Below, piece after piece: positions 18,399-25,191 of a stretch of DNA of 64,000 bases. This DNA is from a virus. Lineage: Duplodnaviria; Caudoviricetes. The stretch covers positions 1-64,000 of the IMG/VR virus record IMGVR_UViG_3300046795_000082, one strand, 5' to 3'. How positions within the stretch are numbered: position 1 is the first letter of the stretch; each line of letters begins with the position of its first letter. The notes beneath the pieces were generated by a model. It saw only the letters and a list, made by a program, of their open reading frames with translations. It searched no databases and was not told where the DNA came from. A program made the position numbers and the translations under genes.

Positions 18399-18959
18399 AT
18401 GGGCGTCCTCAGCGTCTTCGCTCCGGCGGCAGTGTTCATCGAAACGGGCCTCGGCAGCGGACAGTCGCTACGCGCGGCGCTCAGCGAGCCCTTTGAGACG
18501 CTGCACTCGATCGAAATTGATGCGTCGCTGATCGCGCGCTGCGACCTGGTTGATCCGCGTCTGACGATCCACCACGGCAGCAGTCCCAACATCCTGCCGA
18601 CGATCATCGACCCGGAGCGGTCAACGATGTTCTGGCTCGATGCCCATTACTCGGCCGGGCTCTACACCTCGGACTCGGACGTCGACCGGACCCGGCTCGA
18701 CCCGCGCTACGGCCAGTGTCCGCTGCTCGCCGAGCTAGCGATCATCCGCGCGGCGCCGTGGCGCGTCCGCCCGTGGATCTACATCGACGACGCCGAGTGC
18801 TTCGTGACGCCGATCTATGAGGGGATGCTCGCGCAGTATGACCGGGCGCAGTATCCAACCGAAGCCGAGGTCCGTGCGGCCCTCCCTGAGCGGTATCACG
18901 TCGAGACCCTCGACATGCGTGGATGGGCCTTCCGAGCGACACCCGAGGAGCAGCGATGA
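18399..18959 (+). CDS. class I SAM-dependent methyltransferase
   Basis: FIETGLGSG (motif I), LHSIEID (motif II), GSS, FWLDAH. Confidence 0.8.
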   Translation: MGVLSVFAPAAVFIETGLGSGQSLRAALSEPFETLHSIEIDASLIARCDLVDPRLTIHHGSSPNILPTIIDPERSTMFWLDAHYSAGLYTSDSDVDRTRLDPRYGQCPLLAELAIIRAAPWRVRPWIYIDDAECFVTPIYEGMLAQYDRAQYPTEAEVRAALPERYHVETLDMRGWAFRATPEEQR

Positions 18960-19594
18960 GCGAGCTGCTGCTGTCGCGCACGCTCGACCCGGCCGACTAT
19001 GACCGTTTCACCGAGGAGCTGAAAGTCGTCGACGGCTACAGCCTCGACGGCCAGCATCCGCACCGCCGCTGGGAGTATGGCCTGGCGCTGCACGCCATCT
19101 GGCGCTGGCGGCAGCGGCCCGGGACCCGCTTGGACCGGGAGGACCCCATCTACGACGTCGGCGGGGCCGGCACGCCCTTCCATCACATGCTCACCGAGTG
19201 GACGCTCGGGGACGTCGACGTGATCGACCCGACGCTCAATCGCACCGTCGAGCGCTACGCGGTCGCTGGGGCGGCGCTCGCGGACGTGGTCACGTGTATC
19301 TCGGTGATCGAGCACGTCAAGGACGTCGACCGCTTTCTCTACGCCCTGAGCTGCCTCGTCGCGCCGGGCGGCCTCGTGATCATCACGATGGACTACTGGA
19401 ACCGCTGCGGCGCCGACACCGCCGAGAATCGCGACTCACGGCAGCGCATCTACTGTCCGAAGACTTACGCGCAGCTGCGAAACGCGTGTACGCCGCTGCA
19501 CCTCACCACGTTCGGGGGCGTCGATCCGAGCTGGCATGGCGCGCAGGTCTGGGACTACACGTTCGCCAGCCTGGTACTGGAAAAGCGGGCATGA
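18956..19594 (+). CDS. class I SAM-dependent methyltransferase (Methyltransf_11-like)
   Basis: RRWEY, IYDVGGAG, VVTCISVIEHV, LVAPGG. Confidence 0.8.
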   Translation: MSELLLSRTLDPADYDRFTEELKVVDGYSLDGQHPHRRWEYGLALHAIWRWRQRPGTRLDREDPIYDVGGAGTPFHHMLTEWTLGDVDVIDPTLNRTVERYAVAGAALADVVTCISVIEHVKDVDRFLYALSCLVAPGGLVIITMDYWNRCGADTAENRDSRQRIYCPKTYAQLRNACTPLHLTTFGGVDPSWHGAQVWDYTFASLVLEKRA

Positions 19595-20136
19595 CGGCGC
19601 TCTCCCGCACCTGTCGGCTCCGCGACTTTCCCGACTGCATCACCGTCGCGGCCTGGCAGCAGCACCTCGCCAACATCGCCTGGGCGCGCTGGATCGAGGA
19701 GCGGCACACACAGACGCGGACCCCGAACTACGTCGTCAACTGGAGCGGATGCCCCTTCGACGCGCCGGGGCCGACCGCCATTTACCAGCTGCGGGGAGAG
19801 CCGGTCCCGAAGACTCCCGAGAACGTGCCCGCGGTCTTCGCCCTCTCGGTGCTCGACCATCTGGACGCGCCGCTGCGCTTCTTCGTCGACGCGCTCGCGC
19901 AGGTGCGCCGCGGGGGCCTGCTGTTCTGCACCTACGCGTTCTGGGACGCCGAAGGGCCGGACCTCGCCGCCGGCAACGACGGGCGTCGGCGGATCTACGA
20001 CGCGACCAGCCAGCGCAAGCTCCTGGCTGAACTCCGCAAGATGGACCTGCTGCCCTTCGGCGGCCTCGACTGGAGCTATCACGGTCACACGCTCGACGAC
20101 CACACCCTCGCCAGCCTGGTGCTGACGCGGCGCTGA
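19591..20136 (+). CDS. divergent methyltransferase-like paralog
   Basis: VFALSVLDHL, VRRGGLL, RRIYD and DWSYHG..ASLVL parallel the upstream MTase; motif I is degenerate (VVNWSG). Confidence 0.6.
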   Translation: MTALSRTCRLRDFPDCITVAAWQQHLANIAWARWIEERHTQTRTPNYVVNWSGCPFDAPGPTAIYQLRGEPVPKTPENVPAVFALSVLDHLDAPLRFFVDALAQVRRGGLLFCTYAFWDAEGPDLAAGNDGRRRIYDATSQRKLLAELRKMDLLPFGGLDWSYHGHTLDDHTLASLVLTRR

Positions 20137-20148
20137 AGGGAGGACGAG

Positions 20149-21405
20149 ATGAAGGTCACCACCAGCATGTGCCGGGCCTGCCGAAGCGGCCTGGAGCCGC
20201 TCGTCGACCTCGGCGACATCTGCCTGTCCGGGTTTCCTGCCCGCGACGAGGCGGACCGGCCCCGAGCGCCTCTGCTCCTCTGCGCGTGTGGCGCCTGCCG
20301 ACTCGTCCAGCTGGGGCATACCGTCTCTCGGGATGACCTGTTCTGTCACTACTGGTATCAGAGCGGCATCAACGAAACGATGCGCGACGAGCTGGCGAGC
20401 GTCGTCGAGGACGCGGTCATGCGTGTGGGTGAGATGACCCCCAACGACGTCGTCCTGGACATCGGGGCGAACGACGGAACGCTCCTGACCCACTACCGGA
20501 CGCTCGGACTCAACCCCCTCCACGACGGCCCGATCCGTGTCGCCTACGAGCCCGCCCGAAACCTCCAAGAGGCCTTGCGGCTGGCCGCCGACGTCATCGT
20601 CGCGGACTACTTCCCGGAGCGCTACAAGGAGATTCAGCGCCTGGAGGGACGGGTGAAGATCATCACGTCGATCGCCATGGTCTACGCGGTCAACGCGCTG
20701 GCGCCGTTCCTCGCCGCCATCGCCGCGCTGCTGCACCGGGACGGCGTGTGGATCGTGCAGTTCCAGGACCTGGCGCAGATGCTCCAGACGCGCGCCTTCG
20801 ACAACATCTGCCACGAGCACCTCTGCTACTTCAGCCTGGAGAGCTTCGGGAAGCTCCTCGTGCCCTACGGGCTCCAGGTCGTCGATGCCGGGCGCCGCGC
20901 CATCAACGGCGGCAGCCTGCGCCTGACCGTGCAGCACAGTGGACACCAGGTCGACCGACACGTCATGGAGCGGCTGGCCGAGGAATCTGGCTGCCAGCAG
21001 TGGACCGCGCTGGAGGCGTTCGACGCGCGGGTGCAGGAGACGATTCGCCACATTCGCGGCGCCGTCACGCCCTGGATCGGTCGGGGGCGCACGGTCGACC
21101 TCTACGGGGCGTCGACCAAGGCCAATACGCTCCTCCAGGTCTGCCACGTCGACCACCGTGTCCTGCGCCAGGCCTGGGAACGAAGCCCCGAGAAGGTCGG
21201 CCGGCGCACCGTGGGGACCGACATCCCGATCGTCAGCGAGGAGGACGGACGCGCCGACCCGCCGGACGCCTTGCTCGTCGGGATCTGGCAGTTCCGCGAA
21301 GCCATCCTTGTGCGTGAGAGCGCCTTCCTGCGGAGCGGCGGGACGCTCATTTTCCCGCTGCCCAACGTCGACCTGGTGCGAATCGCGTGGAACGCCACGG
21401 CCTGA
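20149..21405 (+). CDS. NDP-hexose C-methyltransferase
   Basis: N-terminal zinc site CRAC..C..C, LVQL, YWYQSG, VLDIGANDGTLL, FDNICHEHLCYFS, INGGSL, YGASTKANTLLQ: the full TcaB9/TylC3/NovU-type architecture. Confidence 0.9.
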   Translation: MKVTTSMCRACRSGLEPLVDLGDICLSGFPARDEADRPRAPLLLCACGACRLVQLGHTVSRDDLFCHYWYQSGINETMRDELASVVEDAVMRVGEMTPNDVVLDIGANDGTLLTHYRTLGLNPLHDGPIRVAYEPARNLQEALRLAADVIVADYFPERYKEIQRLEGRVKIITSIAMVYAVNALAPFLAAIAALLHRDGVWIVQFQDLAQMLQTRAFDNICHEHLCYFSLESFGKLLVPYGLQVVDAGRRAINGGSLRLTVQHSGHQVDRHVMERLAEESGCQQWTALEAFDARVQETIRHIRGAVTPWIGRGRTVDLYGASTKANTLLQVCHVDHRVLRQAWERSPEKVGRRTVGTDIPIVSEEDGRADPPDALLVGIWQFREAILVRESAFLRSGGTLIFPLPNVDLVRIAWNATA

Positions 21406-21414
21406 AGGAGACCC

Positions 21415-21522
21415 ATGCATCTACTCGAAATCGGTGGCCGGCTGGAGACGGTGCTGCTCCTCGTCACCCTCGCCGTGCTGGTCGTCTTCTGGTGGCACTT
21501 CCGCAGCGGAGCGCGACGATGA
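21415..21522 (+). CDS. 35-aa single-pass membrane protein
   Basis: Hand-translated MHLLEIGGRLETVLLLVTLAVLVVFWWHFRSGARR*; RBS GGAG; ATGA overlap with the next gene. Confidence 0.5.
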   Translation: MHLLEIGGRLETVLLLVTLAVLVVFWWHFRSGARR

Positions 21523-21980
21523 AGGAAATCACAGGAGACCTCTGGGCGCAGGTCTGCGACGCGCGCTGCATCACTACCAACGGCACGGTCACCAACGCCG
21601 GGCGCGGGGTGATGGGCCGAGGCGTCGCGCGCCAGGCCAAGGACCGCTACCCAGGTATCGAGCTGCACCTCGGGCGGATGGTCCGCCGCTTCGGCAATCA
21701 CACGCAGCTGCTGGTCGACGAGCCGGATGGCGTACCCCTCATCGCCCTGCCGGTCAAACACAACTGGCCCGACAAAGCCGACCTGCTGCTCATCAAGCGC
21801 AGCATGACAGAACTGGTCACACTCACCGACACGCGTGGCTGGCAGGTGGTCGTGCTACCGCGGCCAGGCTGCGGCAACGGCAAGCTGCACTGGGACCAGG
21901 TCGAGCGCCTGATCACGCCGCTGCTCGACGACCGGTTCCTCGTCGTCTACGCCGGCACTGGGGAGCGATGGGAAGCATAG
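21519..21980 (+). CDS. macrodomain protein, TARG1/DarG-like ADP-ribosylhydrolase
   Basis: GDL, TTN, MGRGVA..AK.RYP, LPVKHNW (DarG FPTK.HW-like catalytic Lys) and LPRPGCGNGKL.W. Confidence 0.8.
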   Translation: MKEITGDLWAQVCDARCITTNGTVTNAGRGVMGRGVARQAKDRYPGIELHLGRMVRRFGNHTQLLVDEPDGVPLIALPVKHNWPDKADLLLIKRSMTELVTLTDTRGWQVVVLPRPGCGNGKLHWDQVERLITPLLDDRFLVVYAGTGERWEA

Positions 21981-22027
21981 TGAGAAAGAGTTGCAACATG
22001 ATGCCTGATGAGAGTAGAGTGACTTCC

Positions 22028-22252
22028 ATGCCCACACAACCACGAAAGCCCGCCAGCAAACCGACGGAGAGACAAGGGCTGGTCTCCCTCGCCGAAGCCG
22101 CCGCGTACCTCGGACTCTCCGAGGGGACGCTGCGGAATTGGGTGTCGATGCGGAGGATCGAGTACGTGAAGATCGGCAGCCGCACCTGCTTCCGGCCCGC
22201 CGCGCTCGACGCCTATATCGCGGCGCAGACGGTGCCGGCGGTCAATCGCTGA
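22028..22252 (+). CDS. xis: excisionase / HTH_17 DNA-binding protein
   Basis: LVSLAEAAAYLGLSEGTLRNWV..I..VKIG....F...LDAYI; directly upstream of the integrase. Confidence 0.8.
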   Translation: MPTQPRKPASKPTERQGLVSLAEAAAYLGLSEGTLRNWVSMRRIEYVKIGSRTCFRPAALDAYIAAQTVPAVNR

Positions 22253-22270
22253 GAGACGAGAGAGGGACCG

Positions 22271-23374
22271 ATGCGACTCTACAAACGGTGTGACTGTCCG
22301 GAGACCGGCTGCTCGCACTCCCTGTGGTACGGCTTCAAGCACAAGGGGAAGCCCTACCGGGGGTCGACGTTCACGGCCAACCGAAAGCTCGCGCTGCGGA
22401 TTGCCACCCGCGCGCGCAACAAGGTCGTCGGCGAGCGCGCCGGCCTGGAGATGGACGACGAGGCGGCGCCGCTGCAGCCGCTGCTCTCCGAGGCGCGGGT
22501 GCAGTACATCAACTGGGCGAAGGGCGACCACCCCGCCACCGCCGAGTCGGAGGACCTGCGCGTGCTGACCGTGTTCCAGGACATCCTCGACGACAAACGA
22601 CTCGACGCGTACACGCCGTTCGACATCGAGCGCTGGCGCACCGCCCGCCTCAAGAGCGGCGTCGTCCGCAACACCGTCATCCGCAACACGATCGTCCTGC
22701 AGGGGTTTTTCTCCAAGGCCCGCATCTGGCACAAGCTGAAGGCCTCGCCGTTCGACAAGGTCGACGGGTGGAAGCCGGATGAGACCAAGCGCTTGACGCT
22801 CGACGACCGCCAGCTGCACATCGCCTTCACCGAGCTGCCGGCGCCCTACTGCTTCGTCTGCCGCGTGACGCTCGAATCGCTCGCGCGGCTGTCCGAGGTG
22901 CTCGGGCTGCAGCGGACCGACCTGGGCCCGAGCTGGATTCAGATCAAGCGCAAGGGCGGGCGGGTCGACCTGGTCACCGTCTCCGCGGACCTGCTCGCCG
23001 ACCTGCGCGCCTGGTGCCCGCTCGACCGCAAGTACGTCTTCGCAAACGAGCCGGGCGACCGCCTGCCGATGGACGCGGATACGGCGTCGGCCAACATGAC
23101 GCGGGAGTTTCGGCGTATCGGGCTGGAGGGCTTCAGCCATCACTGCTTCCGCCACACCGGCGTGACGCTGATGCTGGAGAACGGCGTGAACCCGCGGGCG
23201 ATCCAGCAGCTGGCCGGCTGGTCGTCCCTGCGTCAGCTGGCGCGCTATGGCCACGCACGGGATGCGGAGTCGCGGCGCGCGGTGGAAGGCAATGCGGCGT
23301 ACTACCGGAAGGTGATGGCGCAGAAACCGGTGGAGCCGAACACCCAGGCCACCAGTGAACCGGGGTCACAGTAG
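22271..23374 (+). CDS. int: tyrosine integrase
   Basis: Catalytic R (ARLSE), K (KRKG), HxxR (HCFRH), W (AGW) and Y (ARYGH). Confidence 0.9.
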   Translation: MRLYKRCDCPETGCSHSLWYGFKHKGKPYRGSTFTANRKLALRIATRARNKVVGERAGLEMDDEAAPLQPLLSEARVQYINWAKGDHPATAESEDLRVLTVFQDILDDKRLDAYTPFDIERWRTARLKSGVVRNTVIRNTIVLQGFFSKARIWHKLKASPFDKVDGWKPDETKRLTLDDRQLHIAFTELPAPYCFVCRVTLESLARLSEVLGLQRTDLGPSWIQIKRKGGRVDLVTVSADLLADLRAWCPLDRKYVFANEPGDRLPMDADTASANMTREFRRIGLEGFSHHCFRHTGVTLMLENGVNPRAIQQLAGWSSLRQLARYGHARDAESRRAVEGNAAYYRKVMAQKPVEPNTQATSEPGSQ

Positions 23375-23613
23375 GGAGCACAGCGGTTGTTCGACCTGTC
23401 GTAAGTAGTGGTCCTTCCAGCACTTCGTCTTCCTACTGACACCCGGCATCAGTGCCAGCCGGGGCTGGTGAGGGGGTGAGGCGGGCTGAACCCGCACACG
23501 ACGAGATGCGGGTAACCGAAAGGGCGACTATGACTTAGCGGGCGGTCCGGCTGCACGACACCTCACGCCGGATCGTCCGCTCGGGGCAGGAGGGGATCAC
23601 AAAGGGGATCACA
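23361..23613. mobile_element. putative attP region
   Basis: Non-coding gap after int with direct repeat AGGGGATCACA x2 (23591-23601, 23603-23613) and related GGGGTCACA (23362-23370), as expected for arm-type sites. Confidence 0.5.
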
Positions 23614-23636
23614 CGAACGACCGCGGGGAGGACTGA

Positions 23637-24680
23637 ATGTCTGAACCGTGGGTCATCATGCCGGTGCTGGCGGCACCGGTCGAGACTGAAGCCGCCATCA
23701 GCGACGTCCTCGCGCAGACCATGGGCTGCCGGCTCCTGGTCGTCAACCAAGGCATCGACACCCCCTTCCGCCAGCACCTCGAACGGATCGCCGAGGCCTA
23801 TCCCTCACGCGTGTTCGTGTGGTCGCACGTGCCGCCGCTGGCGAGCCTGGCGGCGACCTGGAACCGCGCCCTCGACTTCGCCTGGGAGACCGGCGCGCAC
23901 GCGGCCCTGGTCATCGGCAACGACGTCCGCCTGGCGCCGAACACGTTGCGCGAACTGGACGGCGTCATGGGCCACTGCGACCCGTACGTGGTCACGGGTG
24001 TGGGTGTGAGCCCCGAGCAGTTCACGCCTGGCGAGCCGGTGCCGCCCGTCCTGCTGACCCCACCGGACAAGCAGGGCTGGGGGCAACCCCTGGAGCGCGG
24101 CGGGCCAGACTTCAGCTGCTTCTACATCTCGCGCCAGGGGCACCACCTGTTCCGGTTCGACGAGGGCTTCATCCCGGCCTATTGCGAGGACTGTTCGCTC
24201 CACCGAGAGATGATGCTCGCCGGTGAGGGGCATCGAATCTACAGCGTCAACGTCCCCTTCGGCCACATCGGCAGCATCACCCTGAAGACCGTCGACGCGA
24301 AGACCCGCAGCCACATCGAGCGGCTGACCCAGACGACCTCGCGCGCGCACTACCTGGCGAAGTGGGGCGGGGCGGTGAACGAGGAGCGCTACACGGTCCC
24401 CTTCGACCCGACGACCGCACGAGACGGTGTGACCACTCCTGACCTATTTGCGGAGGTGCAGCGTGGGCAAGACGATCGACCAGCTCAAACTCAACGACCA
24501 GCCGCTCAGCCCCGACGACGTACGCGACGCCGCGTGGTACCAGTTCGCCATCGAGATCGACGACCTGCTGGCGACGGGCAAGTACGGGTGGGCGGAGAAG
24601 ACCCTGGGGGACATCCAGCAGACGGTCACCGAGACCCACCAGGTGACACAAGGCCAGCGACAGGCGGTGGCGAACATTGA
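23637..24680 (+). CDS. GT-A glycosyltransferase (GT2-like)
   Basis: VIMPV, SLAATWN, VIGNDV, DFSCF, FDEGF.PAYCED; the last about 70 codons overlap the next gene and look non-native. Confidence 0.8.
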   Translation: MSEPWVIMPVLAAPVETEAAISDVLAQTMGCRLLVVNQGIDTPFRQHLERIAEAYPSRVFVWSHVPPLASLAATWNRALDFAWETGAHAALVIGNDVRLAPNTLRELDGVMGHCDPYVVTGVGVSPEQFTPGEPVPPVLLTPPDKQGWGQPLERGGPDFSCFYISRQGHHLFRFDEGFIPAYCEDCSLHREMMLAGEGHRIYSVNVPFGHIGSITLKTVDAKTRSHIERLTQTTSRAHYLAKWGGAVNEERYTVPFDPTTARDGVTTPDLFAEVQRGQDDRPAQTQRPAAQPRRRTRRRVVPVRHRDRRPAGDGQVRVGGEDPGGHPADGHRDPPGDTRPATGGGEH

Positions 24681-24738
24681 AGCCGGCATTTACCGCAGCC
24701 GTGGGAGGCGCTATGAAGGCTTCGGTCGACGACGCTGA
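24463..24738 (+). CDS. hypothetical protein
   Basis: GTG start after GGAGG; typical codon usage. Confidence 0.6.
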   Translation: MGKTIDQLKLNDQPLSPDDVRDAAWYQFAIEIDDLLATGKYGWAEKTLGDIQQTVTETHQVTQGQRQAVANIEAGIYRSRGRRYEGFGRRR

Positions 24739-24916
24739 CCCGATCGATTGCAAGCACGGCCAGCACGCGCCTCTCGACGAGCTGCCGCCGTCGCCGGGCG
24801 ACGGTCACACGGTCGAGGTCGACTGGCGCTGTCCCGCGTGTATGCGCCTGGTCAGGACGGTGAGCTGGACGCAGGAGGCGTGGCTGAAGGACCAGGCCAA
24901 GCGCAGGAGGACGTGA
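24713..24916 (+). CDS. small Cys-containing hypothetical protein
   Basis: CKH and CPAC; TGATG coupling to the next gene. Confidence 0.5.
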   Translation: MKASVDDADPIDCKHGQHAPLDELPPSPGDGHTVEVDWRCPACMRLVRTVSWTQEAWLKDQAKRRRT

Positions 24917-25191
24917 TGGACCATCGCATTGAAGCGGATTTCCAGACCTTGTTGATGCAGGCGGCGGACACCACCCAGCTGTATCTCAGTCGGGCAATCC
25001 ACGACATCGACGAGGCGCTCAGCCCGGGCTATGCCGCGAAGCACCCGGAGTTGGTCGCCGCCTTTATCACGACCGCAGCTCGGGACTTCCACAGCTCGAT
25101 GGTGGGGGTGGCGCTGCAGCAGCTCACCGACGCCGTGCAGGACATCGCTAACCACTTCGAACGCAGCGTGGAGATAAGTGCCCAGACTTAG
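24916..25191 (+). CDS. hypothetical phage protein
   Basis: 91 aa with the GYAAKHPELVAAF motif seen in small phage proteins. Confidence 0.65.
   Translation: MDHRIEADFQTLLMQAADTTQLYLSRAIHDIDEALSPGYAAKHPELVAAFITTAARDFHSSMVGVALQQLTDAVQDIANHFERSVEISAQT

Noticed and set aside
18399-21405. Methyltransferases as DNA methyltransferases
   Set aside because: No PC (m5C) or (D/N/S)PP(Y/F) (amino-MTase) catalytic motifs; the sequences match small-molecule or sugar MTases.
23461-23500. tRNA 3'-end-like sequence on the minus strand (GCGGG-TTCAG-CCCGC...ACCA)
   Set aside because: The loop is 5 nt rather than 7, spacing to CCA is wrong, and no cloverleaf can be built. It may still be part of the att core, but I cannot call a tRNA.
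24463-24680. C-terminal extension of the GT-A ORF as a real domain
   Set aside because: It overlaps a gene with its own RBS in another frame and is Arg/Pro-rich low complexity; more likely read-through from a lost stop or an indel.
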